Assembly: GCA_051362555.1 (NCBI GenBank)
Contig: CM120641.1
Location: 19,778,001 to 19,842,000, forward strand
Direction: 5' to 3'
Source of the DNA: Lingula anatina
Lineage: Eukaryota; Animalia; Brachiopoda
Length of the DNA stretch: 64,000 bases
The notes under the pieces were generated by a model that had not been told where the DNA came from, made no database searches, and worked only from the letters and a program-made list of their open reading frames with translations. Every line of letters starts with the position of its first letter. Positions within the stretch are counted from its first letter, which is position 1. Below are positions 39,890 through 53,730 of this stretch, piece by piece. Both the position numbers and the translations under genes were made by a program.

Positions 39890-41683
39890 TAAGACACCGT
39901 TAGTAGGGCAAAATGCAAAATAGTTGTTCCATCTTTGGCCACACCCATTGGCGCGTTCCATCTTTTGCCTTACCTATTGGCGCATCTGTATCGTTGGCAT
40001 TTCCCGGAGTGATATATTTTCTCTACAGGTAGTCCATGTACATGTAGCTCGGGAGCACCTTATTCTTGCTCATCTGTCCCCTTCTTCTTGACTTGACTTC
40101 CCATTCCGTTCCATTTTCGTGCACTGAAAAGCTAACATCTCATAATACCTGATGAAACCTGCGATTTGTCGTACTTAACAGTTACAGGACAGTTCCATAA
40201 AGTTGGTTTGCCAAAAAAGTGATATAACTTAAACTTGCTGATAGATCGTGAACGTTGCAGGCTGAATAGAACGGAAGAGGCATTCCACCATTGACACGCA
40301 CCCTTTGAATAGTAGACAAGGATATATCTAAAAAAAATTAGGCGAATAAGATACATCTAAAGCTAACTTCTTCCCTTCTTCAAAACTCTTTCTTCCAGAA
40401 GCGTTCCTAGATCAGTTCTGGTATTTCCGTTCAGTTGAAATTAAATCCGTTGTCTTTTGCCATAATGCGCTACTGATATCAAAGTGGTTTTCAAGGAACT
40501 ATTACGTATAAAGTTTAGAACGTAGCGCACCATGCAGAATCAAGCCCCTCCCATCCCTCATCGATACCACTTTTCATTTTCTAACCTGGTTTGTTTGATA
40601 AAATTTCATCTTCTAAATGTTATACTTTTATTTAGTATGGGAAAAGAATCCAAATGAATTAAACATTTTTTAAAAATATTTTTTCTTAACATTTTTATTA
40701 TTTTTTTTATCTTTAAAAGAAATATTTTTTCTCGGTTTTCAAATAGGGGAATGAAGGGAAAAGGGGAGCTTCTCTATGTGTAATAGTATAAACAAAGACA
40801 AGTATAATATATCAGCTGGGAATGCCATCTCAGAAATGAAAAAAAAAAATTAAAAATCTCTGTTGAAGTAATCTTCATAATTATATAACCTATACTATAG
40901 CATCTAGTTGCTACATGTAAGGACCAACATTATAATGGGCATAGTTTGCAAGGGAAAATTTTCAAATTAAAATCTGACCACATCTTTATTTTTACTTTCT
41001 TTATTATTTACATCATAAATGCAATCAAATTTTGGCATATGATTTATCACAGATATACTGAGGACGGAATTGTGTAAACAAATAAAATCAAAAAATTAAA
41101 AAAAAAACATGTACATGTACATTAAATCAAAGCAGTAACTCCTTAGATATATTTACATTATCCTTTTAAGATATGAAATAGCATAGACACCACTGTTTCT
41201 AAAAGGAAATGTACAATATTATTATATAAGCACAAATGTATTATAGTCACCTGTAAATCCTATTAAGTAACTTTCTTCTTTGCAGTAAAAACACTGCAAA
41301 ATAATGTGAATCTCTCCTTGCAAAAACAATGAAAAAGGTTAATATTAACACCCTGTTTTATACAAAGAGTATTGTATAATGTGGTATATCTATCTATCTA
41401 TCTATCTATATATCTATATATACAATTATTGACTTTAAGTGAGGTCAATATGTCATTTTGCAGACCTCAGAAAAGAAATATAAATGTCAGTGTCCTTCAA
41501 GTTAACATCAAAATTTGCATCATCACTGTCATCTAGCATTGTTGATAATGTGTTCTTTCTGATTGGTAAAATGATCAGCAATTATGCCATTGGTCAATTA
41601 TATATTTGGAGACCACCTCAATATGTCAATAGTGGGCCTTATCAGACCTCACATTACTAGATATCAAATTATATTCTATTATA

Positions 41684-41887
41684 CACTTGGCCAAAAAAGT
41701 TTGGAATTGTTTTTCAATAATTAAAAACTATGTAATGTAGTGGGAAAATCTTCAGTGTATATAAAAATGTAACTAATGGTAGTTGCATTATCCATCAATA
41801 TTTGGCTAAAATATATATTTACCTTAGCTCATATGGTTATTTTATAATTATTAAAAATAACATTGTTTCCAAACTTTTTGGTCAGTG
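41684..41887. mobile_element. Tc1/mariner-type MITE
   Basis: TIRs cacttggccaaaaaagtttggaa / ttccaaactttttggtcagtg, flanked by TA on both sides. Confidence 0.8.
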
Positions 41888-42703
41888 TATAATTATATTA
41901 TATTATGTACATGTAATGCACTTAAGAATGTTATGTTATGCCTTAAATCACAGAGCAGTACCGGTAAATATTACATTTCTAGTGTTTTTATATGACAGTT
42001 CTGCAAGGTCCTTCTAATACTCGGTAAATGCACCCTTTTGGTCCACAACAATGTACACGCTACACCTGAAACACCCTTTACTATATAATGGTAGCTGTAT
42101 GTGGTGCAATTGTTATAGAACAAAAAATACAAAAGATGAACCTAAATTCAAAATAAAACCAATTTATCAGCATTTTTACACTTCATTGCTTTTTTGAGCC
42201 TTAGTAACTTTGTAAAAGTATTTTTATATTAATCTGTTTGATTATAATATCAGATAAGAAAAATACAATGTATAAAATGCCTTGTGCCATACTAATAATC
42301 GGTGTTCAGTAAGGAAGCAATTAAAACATTTATTTTACAATAATGACTTTCATGGGGAAAAAAGAAAGCAAAGTTCTGACTTGTAAAACATGACTCCCTG
42401 TTCACAACTTTTAGAAATGGTTCTCTTGCATTTGTTTACAACACAATTATTTGTTCCCTTTTATATTAAACTGATGTTAAATGTATACATGACACATAAG
42501 GTAACATTAGATTAACAAATATACATAAAGAAAGTACACATTAAAAAATGATGTATACTTGAACGTTAATTCACATATCAAATTCACATTTTCTTACTTA
42601 GGTCAAAAGACCAGCAGTTAGTACAAAACTTCTTTGACTTAAAGTAAAGGACTGGACCACACTCTAAGACCACATTAAGGGTAGTTAATACTGTATTGTT
42701 CAT

Positions 42704-45700
42704 TTAACTGCTGACTTCCAAGGCCTCCTGTCTTTGTCTGCGACTACGCCTAGCTTTCAATTTTTCTTGTAAACCTTGGTCCATACGAGCTTTGTTGATT
42801 TCTTGAGCTCTTTGGAATTCTTCCATCTCACGCTCGTGTTGTTTCTTCAGCTCCTCTATGTCTCCTGTAAGACAACATTTTTACAGTGAAAAAGAGTATA
42901 AAGGAGATACTGAGCATGCATGTTTATGCAAGTAAATGTCTAAGATACAATGTTTTGACTTATTTGCTTTTTTGTTTATGTGTTTGTTTGGCAAACAATG
43001 ATGTCAGAGCATCTATCATTATAAAAAATGTTTTATGGCATCTGCACGTTTGCTCAAATATTACGCAAAAATTTTTAAATTTACAGAAAGTGTTTAAAGC
43101 ATTTAAGAGAACTGCAGCTTTTTGTTTATATTAAAAAAGGAAAACAAGACTTCATTCAGCAAATACACTTACGTCCTACTTAACAGAAGTGCATGAGGAA
43201 TTAAAAATAAAATAAAAATATATAAGGAAAGTTTACCAAAGAGGTCTTCCTGAGAAGGAGGTGGTGCCAGTTCATTCAGAGGTAGTGGCGTGGCAGATAT
43301 GCTGTCATTGTCACCAGGTGCCAGTTCATTACCTGTGATGACCCCCTCAGGTTTCTGTAAGTAATAACAATGTTAACATTTAAACAATCAAATGGAATTA
43401 ATAAAATACATTGAATGTATACAGTCTGTTATGTAGACTTTGTTTAGACTATTAAATGGAAAATTTCATAACCAGTCAGAGACAGAGAGTTTTTTATCTT
43501 TAACCAAGAGTTGAGAAATTTGCACACCATAATAAAAAGTCAGAGCATCTGACTCTTCCCATTAAAATATTTCAATTTACCTCCACATCTTCTCCATTTG
43601 TTGATACTGCATCAGCATCTATAATGTCCACAAGTTCCTTCTCTTCAACACTGTCATCAAACATGTTCTCTGCAGAAACAAAAGAAAGGATTGTTACTTG
43701 AAATTTCCTTCTTTTCGGAACTCACAATATCTTGCAGCAACTGCACTTAAGTGAGACTTTTGTAAAATTAGTTTTATTAATGATGATTTAGGGTTGCCAA
43801 TATAACATCATACCTCTATTCAGAATGTGCATACGATCATTTAAAATATCAGTAAAAATTGAAAAAATAAAATCAAATTGGTTGTGGAAGTGTATACATG
43901 TACATGTATAAAGAGGAGATCATGTAATAATCCTTCTACCTTCTTGTTAATATTTGTGCATGTGGAATGTAAGACCACTTTTTGGTAAATTAAGTCCATT
44001 ATATATAAAGTTAATAAAAGTGCAAATTAAATTAAATAGTTCCCACAAAAAAATCTGTCTATTTGATTTTGCTGTTAACACTCGTGGGTGTGGGTGTGTG
44101 TAGGTGGGGTTGGTTGTGTGTGAGTGTGGGTGGGGTTGGGTGGGCATGGGGATAAGGGGGGGGGGGTAGGAAAACAGTTGAGGCCATCTCTTGGAAAGTC
44201 AGTAATATAATACTTACCATCTGACACAGTAAAGTCCACATCTGTTCCCAGAACCTCCTTCACTCTGGCAACGAGAAGGGTTACCCTCTCCTGTCTCAGT
44301 TCCTTTTCCTTTTCATTGACTTTCTTAGTGGCATTAGCAATATCTTTGTTGATTGTATTGTTAATTACCTAAAATTCATGATAAGACAATATTGACTAAA
44401 TGAATATGAACACTGAGCAATCTCAACATACAAAATAAACCCTAACATCCTTCCTTTGGTTATCGTACTACAATTAACTTTTTGGGAGTTCATTGTAAAA
44501 GTTACCACACACACGTAGCATAGTACTTGCTACAGAACTAATACCTATGCAAGATACACTGTTGTAAGTATGGAATTACAGCAAAAACTGATCATGAATT
44601 TGCGTGTAGTATTATTGTGGAGAAACGCACAAGATATGAATCTCATGCTACTCAGGATGGAGAAGATATAAAAGGCTATTTTTTCTTAAAAAAAAAAAAA
44701 AACACTCGGCCTGTATTCTCTATGGAACTCTTCAAAATACAGCCCCTGAGCATTTGTGTGTTAATTTCCATTAGAAATTCTTTTGGAAAAGCTTACAGTA
44801 CATATTAACTTACATGGTCAAACCACTGTATCAGGGCAGCACACCTCTTGTATGTTGTGATGTAGCATTGATAAGCATGCTGGTGTCTTTCTCCTGTGTT
44901 CATATCCGAATAAATATTTGTGGTGGCTTTATTCAGGGTGTCCATCTCGGCTTTGGTGCAGTATGGGAAGGTTATGCCGTGGAGGTAACGCTGGGCACTT
45001 GTGATGTTCTGGGACGCAGCAATCAGGTTGTTTCTTGTTTCTGTTGTTATGGTGTACTTCCTTGGTACATCACTTTAAAAAAATGGCAGTAATTTGAAAT
45101 ACAAGAAGGAAATTTTTCAAAAATATCTTAATCTAACTATCAAACATACTTCAGTGCTACTTGTACTTTATCAAAATATCTTTCATTATTAAGTTCCTTT
45201 TTCAAAATTGTCATAGATAATAACAAGATTACTTACTTTGGTTGTACTTTTAAAAGTTCCAGCCATTTTTTGCAAGCAAATGACAGTTGGTTGCAGCCAT
45301 GCTGCAACAGGGTACGAGCATTTTGCCATTTAAATTTGGCCACACTAACTCTCTGGTGATGGTCCAGAAGCATGTCTAGCTCTGATTCCAGTTTGTACTC
45401 CTTTTCACTGCCATATTTACCATTAAACACAGAAGCTGAAAGACAAAAAAAAAAAAAAAACACATTGTAAACTATTGCAAAAGCAATCAAATTAAGTGGG
45501 ATGTATTTGAAGAGACTTGCAGTTGCTGAGCTGAAAGCAACTAAAATACTAATCAATGGCCTAGGATTTTGGCTAATTCTGTTGTCTAATGGTTAATTTA
45601 GAAGGTTTTGGGATGCATCACACTTGAGGAAAGTCATGTGTTGACAAATTATAAATTGTAAGCAAATCAAATGATCTGACAAGATGGGTCACAAGGTGTT

Positions 45701-48700
45701 AATTGAGCCAGCCTAACTTCACTGGAGCAATACCCACAGGAGTAAGGCCCAAAACTGGGTTTAACTTAATATTTGAACACACACACAAAGCCCATGGTCC
45801 GGAGGGTTTGGAGATGGGGGTGATGTTTAAAAGAACCACTGCCTTTGGCAGAAAAGGTTCAATCTAATCAAATCTGATTTAGGTTCAGTGCCATCTGTCA
45901 AGCTAGGTCAAGTTATGGGGTAAAAAGGACAACTTTTTCAGAAAAATAAAATTTGAAATCATTGGCTACAAGGCTACTCATTCTGCATACCTAACAATTC
46001 ATCCTGCTCCTTGTAAAGTTTCTGTAAGGCCTCTGCTGCCAGCTTCATCTCCTCCACTTCCTTGGCTACTTTGTCTCTCTGTGCAGTTACGCCAACCAAT
46101 TGCTTCTTAGCAATTTCTTCATTGTTGACTGCATCAAGGTATTCCTCCTACAGAAGATGAAGCAATGACGAGACAATTAAATAAAATATTTAAAGAAATT
46201 AATCACCTGAAGTAATCACAAGAAAAAGAATAAGGCTGGATTTGGTAAATTTAGCCTCATTTATAAATATAATTATTATAATACCAGTAAATCAAGAACT
46301 ACATGTACTTTAAATATAAGAGAAAAAAATCATCACTGCATGGACACAACCCTGACTGAAAAAGGATAGTATTACTTTGATAGTGAAAAAGTAATTTAGA
46401 AAATAAATCTTACCTGTTCCTTTGTTAGCATAGCTTGGTATTCTTCTGCATTCAAAAGTTGTTGTACAGATGGTGCATTGTCTACATCGGCCTTTTCCTT
46501 CTTCCTACAAATCAAAATAATTCATCATTAATTTGTGTGTGCTATTGTAAGCTCAAAACTAGACTTATGTGCCATATGCTAAGTAATATTTTCATTGTTG
46601 AATTGAGTGAGGCTAAATTAGTGAAAGTCAAACTAACACAGAATTCAGAAAAAAAGTTAAAGAGATGAAAAATCGAAGCTTTGTGTATGACTACAGTCTT
46701 TACATAATTTTGACAGCTGCCAATCTGACAAAGAAATTTATTTTCAGTCTTATGCATTGTTTTTAAAGCTTTTAAAGAAAATACACCAGTTCAAGAAATA
46801 AATATTATAATAATGATTATTTCATAAATTACTGAATGATTGACAATATTTTTTACGCAACAAAGTTTAATATCAATTACAGTAAGTCATTCAATAAAAT
46901 CAGAAAATATTTCTACATACGTCTGTTCTACACATTTCTTGTAATGTTCTTCCAACTGCTGTATGGTATCAGAAAGTTCAGCTACTTCTTTCTTTTTCAC
47001 TTGCAAGGCTTTGACAACATTTTTGTTTTCTTTCTCATGGATTTCCTTCTCCAAAGCCATATACTTTTCCAGCAGTTCTTTGTTGATGTCAACTGACTTC
47101 ATCTGTAACACAAGCAGCAATGCTTCTATAATAATTTGATCAAGTCTATTCAAATAAATTTTACTTGCTACTTCCGTGAATCCCTTTTAATTCAACGTGT
47201 ATAATATATTATTAATGTTCCTGTTTGCACCTTTACTTTATTTTTCCATTTTATCTTTCCTCTTCAGCAAATTAGGGTGAAATCAATTAAATTCTTTAAT
47301 CATTTTCATAAAATACTTGCAACTTGCAATTTATAGGGCTTCAAGTTCTGTGACCGTGTTATATTTTCTGAGACCTACCTCAATTTCAGTTTTCTCCTAA
47401 AATAAAGAAAAAAGCAAATATTAATTGGATGGATCAAATTATGCACTCTGAAACAACATTTGTCAAAAAATATATATCATAGATTGCGTCAACTGGTAAC
47501 TGATAACAAAAATGTGAGACAACATGACAAAAAGTAACTAATTACCAGAATAAGACTTATTTTAAAGTGAGAAAAAAATTCAGAGCAAAAACAAATGTTT
47601 ATATATCAACATGCATCAATTATGGACAAAGGAACAATTAGTCTAGATTGCATATGAATAAATCAATTCTATGAAATGCATTTCAGTAGTGAACAAATAT
47701 AAGTAGAATATTAACAATAAATACAGTGTAATTTAGTATACTAGTATATATATTATATAGTGTTCAAACCTCTGGAGAATTGTCAGTAATAACAGGTGTT
47801 GGTTTTGGTTTCTCTGCAGGCTGTTGCTGTGATTGTGATGTTGCTACTGGAGCAGCAGCAACTGTATTGTTAGCAGGCGCAAGTTGCTGCAGCAAAATTA
47901 TATCACACGTATCAATACACAAGATCTCAAGCTGGCATGTTAAGTCTGTGATATACATATTATGTGTTTTTTAAGCATGAATGCTGCAAGCTTGCATACT
48001 AATTAATAAGCCAGTTGCTTAAATTAGTTACAGTTTAAATCTGTTGAAAACTGGTTAAAGATTTTTACACTTAAAACATGATAAATTATGAAAAATGTAA
48101 CTCAGTTGTTATAGAGAAAATATTTTCTTAATAAGAAAAAAAATCTCTCAAAGATATTTTATTATGAATGACAATTTGACATAATCCTATGCAATTCAAT
48201 ATAGCACAATGACATACTATGCAGAAACTACTAGGGAAAAAGCTAGCACACTTTATGTGATGAATAAGATATAAAAAAATCTGGACTATTAAATGCCTAA
48301 GCTAATTCAAATGCAGCAAAAAAAAAAAAAAAAAAAAAAAAATCCAGCATATAAGCAAACACCATGTATAATTATTTATATTAAGCATTAAGCATAAATA
48401 CTGATAGCAATACTGAAGAAAGAAAAGGCCTAAAAAGCGACCACTACACTTGGTAAGTGAAAGGATAGGAGGGCTTTGGGATGAATAGTTACTGACACAT
48501 CGCCCATAAATGGTATGATAAAAATATCCATAAGACTGAGAAAGTTTAATCACCTCTTTAACTTATGTGAATGTAGATAATGAGGCAAAAAATACCATAT
48601 CTTGAAACCATGAGCAAGGTATATTCAGTGAGGATGACAGAAGGGATATGGGAGTGGAGATCATGGTTTTGTAATTACAGTGAAACATTGTACATGTACA

Positions 48701-51700
48701 GTATGTATGTCTTTTTGATTCTAATTATTTAAACTTGGTGTAAAGTAGAAAGATTTTACTGTAAATTTGAAGGAACATAATACTGGCGCACTAAATTAAC
48801 TGTCATAATACTAATAAGTTCTATGCTACATGTGAATGCTTGGGTTTTGGTTTAGGCACATGTACTACATGAAGTGATATAGTTATAAATTAGTCATATA
48901 TATATATATATATACTTTGGGCACATGCTTTTCATGATCTTATATATACTATATATACAGTACGGGATACTAGTACTGTGTATGTCTGTCAATATATGTC
49001 CTCATGCTTAGCACATGTTTTTGGGGCTCATGCAGTCCATAAATGTCATGCTTTTTATTATGATCATGCCTGTCTACCTCAATAAAGAAAACCACCTCCT
49101 CTTGCAAAGAGTCAGACGTGGGCTTCTTTTCAACTGAACTATTTTGGAAGCTGTTTGAATCCTGGATTGCATTGAATTCCTTGATTGCTTCGGGAGGTGC
49201 CTTTTCTGTCTGCTCTGCAGCAATGGTGGAGGTGATGGGCATTCTTTCATTGACCTCCAACTCTCCATCTCTGAGACTTGCCTCTCTGAAATCCAGTGCA
49301 GGATCTTTTATTCCTTCAAAAGGAGCCTCTGCAATACTGGATAAGCCCTTTTCTCCATTTCCTTTCATTTGGGTTGCAGTTTTAACACTGTATTCTTCCT
49401 CGCCACTTATAACTTCACCCCCAAAACTTGGCTCAGCCGCGGACGTTCCAGCTGCAGTGTTGTTTTCATTCTCAAATGTGAGCGACTTGACTGAGGCAGT
49501 GCTATCACTGTCTTTGTGTGTATCCTACATGTATTATGCAAATGCTCCATGAGTACAGATATTTTTCTAATATCAATATAAGATGCCTGCATATTTCAAA
49601 AATGATGGCAATGCTCTCTATGCATCAATAAATATATGATAACGACATACTGTACACTGAAAATACAAAAACACATTCTTTACCACATCAAGCTGTAACA
49701 AAAACACCTCATTCCTTATCCCCAATATTTCATCATGGTAAAAATTTAATATGAACTCTACTACATGACCATGTCCTTCATAGTTAAGATAATGCATTAC
49801 ACTCTCTCAAACCCCCTCTGAACAAAAACACACCCAATCACAGTGACATTAAGATACATCAAGTGTCTGTATGATTGTGTGTATGCATTCGTTTGAGGCA
49901 TATGGGCTTAAGATATTTATGCCACTTTACATAGGTTTCACCTACACTGGTACCTAAGTTAATGTCAATATCAAAAAGAGTAAAGCAAACATACTTGTCT
50001 TAACACATCAAAGATCAATGCTTCATGCACAGTCAGATCTAATCTGCATTAGGCTATAGCTAGGATGCAATATTCATGAATATTGCGTCCTAGGTTATAG
50101 GACTAAGAAAACATTAATCTCCTCCATAAGCCAATCTAAAACTCTACACATAAAGGTACTATTATAATCAATAGTATAGGAGTATATATAGCATACCAGC
50201 ATGATATTCTGGTTCATGTTTAAAAGCATTTCAGAAACAGATTACAACCTTGAAGCTTAAAATATATATTTATGAGTACACATGAACATCACTGGCACTA
50301 GTATAAAAGTATACAGAATTTTTTTCATATTTTTTTATCTCTGGGCTTTATCTCACCTTTGGACTGCATTTGTAACACAAATAAATAATACTGCACTACC
50401 AGTTAAACAGTACTTGCACTGTGTTGAAATAATAGTTTACTGCCACAACAATCACAAATTCAAAACTTGAACATTTAATGACTGAAAAACTACATTCTAT
50501 GCCAAACACATGTGCATAATTTTTACCTATAACCTATGAAGAAATTAGAAGATTTCACTGCTCGTGCAACAAGACTGTTAAGTTTGGCACATTAACACGG
50601 TATTGAATTAGGTATATCTGCCTCTATTTGCCAGCCAATTACTTTCACCACTTGATTTCTAGAAATAAAATTCATGCCAGCCTATGAAATTATGAAAGTG
50701 GTTGCAAACAGACTTTAACTATGGGAATGACATGTTAATTATAATATTGTTGTTATTTTTTACTGACAAAAACAGTTACTTGGAGGCTTAACAAATTTGA
50801 AGGGCAAATTAGAAAATGTAAGGAGGCTAAGAGAAACTGGGGTAAAATAACAGAACGCTAATGGATATATATCCAATTTTCATTCTGGTCAAAATAAAAA
50901 AGTAGCTCACACAGCAGACAGAAGTACATGCAGTTGCTCTCCAGCAATTCTCTTCATCCAAAGCACATGAATATGTGCATTCTGCTGAATGTCAAACCAA
51001 GTTCAAACCTTTTATTATATATTACCTTTAGAGATGATCTGCTACTAGTAGTGCTTGCACTACTCTTGCTTTTAACTGACTTTCGGCTTATCAGGCTGCA
51101 ACTACTTGCAGCTCGGACTATTTTGTCACATTTTCCTTCTTTCTTCTCAATTTGGGGCAAAGAGCTATGAGCCTGGATAGTTATATCATAGCAAAAGTTA
51201 AAATTAATTCTTAAAAAATAAGGAAGACGCCTTAATACAGTACTAGTACATGTACATACTATAATACTAGTGTAAACATATGCCCATTTATTTATTTATT
51301 TATTTATTTATCATGCTATATCAAATACTAAATTTACTTAACCACCACACCCTTTCAGAAAGATGATAAACACTCCACAAAAGAGTAAAATAAATATATT
51401 CATGCATATTCATGCATTCTTAGACACAATATTTAATAGCACAAATTACCATAACAGTTAAAAAATCAATATAAAAAATCATATTATTACAACATGCAAG
51501 TTTATATTAATTTCATCATGCTTTACCATCAATAAAAGGTGGTAACAATTGAAAGAATAACTATAAGTAAAAACATATGTATTGATTAAGATTTTCTACA
51601 ATGGCAAAATGCATCTCAGTATCAAGAAGTGCTCAAGATTGACATAAAGAATTTACCAAATATTTGCATTCCTATATATTTTGTCTTGAAAATACACTGA

Positions 51701-52448
51701 AAAATTCTGATACAAACAACTGTCCTCGACTTAATGTAAAACAACATTAACAGTATAAGGAAAATTATCTCCATGCAAAAAAGAGAAAATTGTGAAATAC
51801 AGAAATGGCACAATTCAACTGTCTGTCAAATGTACACATGTGGGATCTGGTCATATGCACCTGTGCATTTGCACATATGCCTAAAGGTGTATGCATGCAT
51901 ACCAGTACCTATATGTGTAAGTGATATCCAGATTTTGTAATGACTGATTCTCTTTCTGTTAAGGATGAAGTTTAAATTGAAAAGTATGCAGGGCGAAAAA
52001 GAAGAGAGTAGATCACATCCAATCCGGAAGGAGCAGATGGGCCCATGCTAGCATAAGCGTGAATCATATTGAATTTCTGACCAAAAAGTCATGAACATCT
52101 GATTTTGCCACATTTAAAATAAACCTAATTGGCTGAAAATATGGTAGAGTGAGCCCAATAATTCTGCATAACCTTAGTGAAATTCAGAGATCAGTGTATT
52201 CAATAAAAAAGCCAAATAAATTTATAAGAAGCTGTTAGAGTCAGCATCACATCCAAAAGTTTAAAAGACCAGTAAGAGTTACAGAAGAAAATTAACTCAG
52301 TCCTTACCTTCTGCTGGGGTGTTGGGTGTACATGCTGTGTAGGTTTTTGTTGTTGCAGATGATGTTGCTGATGAGCATGCTGTTGTACAGGGTATGCCTT
52401 GTTACCATTGTAACGAGGTGCTGGCTGGGAACTTGCTCCACAACCCAT
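42704..52448 (-). CDS. Uncharacterised coiled-coil protein with an N-terminal MGCGAS myristoylation/palmitoylation motif
   Basis: Core exons: 52448-52308, 47886-47770, 47396-47379, 47102-46921, 46504-46414, 46147-45991, 45435-45237, 45072-44814, 44368-44218, 43669-43581, 43354-43237 and 42864-42704. Candidate phase-0 exons: 51172-51026 and 49524-49096. All junctions keep frame. Non-low-complexity core SVFNGKYGSEKEYKLESELD...ETRNNLIAASQNITSAQRYLHGITFPYC...CAALIQWFDHVIN. A 5' non-coding exon donor lies near 53312. Confidence 0.85.
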
Positions 52449-53439
52449 GTTTTTTTTTTAGTTTATTTTCTGTGGGTACGTAGGTCGCTAAAAAAGAAAA
52501 AGAAATACAATTAAACAATGGAACTATTATACAGTTATAATTAAAAACTAACCAAAAGTGACACAAATGCTTGTTTTCTGTTAAACAATCTTTTTATGGT
52601 TGAATGCAAACATATTAACTTTAATGGTACCCAGTACATGTACAGTAAATGTAGACAAATAAAAAAAATAATAAAAATCAAACTCCATGCCAGTTGGCTG
52701 AAATCTGATTTTGCAATTCTAGATATGGGAAGAGGCATATGGTACAGCTGTAAAATGTTCTCAAAAATGACTCTGAGAACCAAACTGGTTACCTGAGATC
52801 AGAATACAATGATTGAACTTCACAGTACTGTGTACATCTAGCTTTATAATAATTAAATGCAATGATATACAAGAAAAAAATTCTTGTCGAGGAAAACATT
52901 TCATATATCTATAATGATCTTGCCAATTCACTGCAATATTCAAGTTAATGTGTTACAATAATTAAAGATTTTAAAGTATGAAGGTACAGTGTACTGCAGT
53001 ACATGTACCCCAATACTCCCAGTACCAGTTTGGGGTAACAAAATGTAGCCATGGGGCAATTACTGCTCAGATTTCATTTGTGAAAATTTTAGAAAATATA
53101 GCCACGTTTATGTTGGATGTTCACAGTACAGCTATACTAAATTGATATTATGTCATGGCATTATACAGTAATGGCCTCTCTACTGCTTAAACACAAGTAC
53201 TCGTACATGTGCCGGTTAACCAAACTTCGAGTATCACAATCACAAATTAAACTAATTTACAGTATTAAAACGCAGAAAACTTTCTTTAAAAAGTTATATA
53301 TCTGACACTCACCGAATCCGAATGTGTTAGTCAAATGACTTACTTATTCCAGCGCCTCGTTAAGCACAATGTTGCACAATGCTCAATTTGCTAAGTTCAA
53401 TATAGGGGTAGGCCTACTTCTAGTTGTTGTGGTGTTCTC

Positions 53440-53730
53440 CATAACAGATATTACCATATGAATGCTTTGACGTCACCTCACCATGGACACAGCATATACA
53501 AAAGTAAATGGGACATTTTCGCGACATATTTGTGTCAAGTTTAGTTTTATTTCAGATCTATAAAGGCACTCTAATAGAAAAAGACACTTTAAATTTTGAG
53601 TTGGAAGCCACAATTATGTCTTACAGTATATCTAATAATTGAAATTGCTCTTTTAGACGGTCGGTTTAGCGTAACACGGAAGTCAGAGCGGGCACCTGTT
53701 GGGAGATCATGAAGATAGATGGCGCTTTGT
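53440..53730. promoter_or_regulatory. Probable bidirectional promoter
   Basis: Lies between divergent genes. Contains a CRE palindrome tgacgtca (53468-53475), ETS cggaagt (~53677) and YY1-like gatggcg (~53718), with locally raised CpG. Confidence 0.5.
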
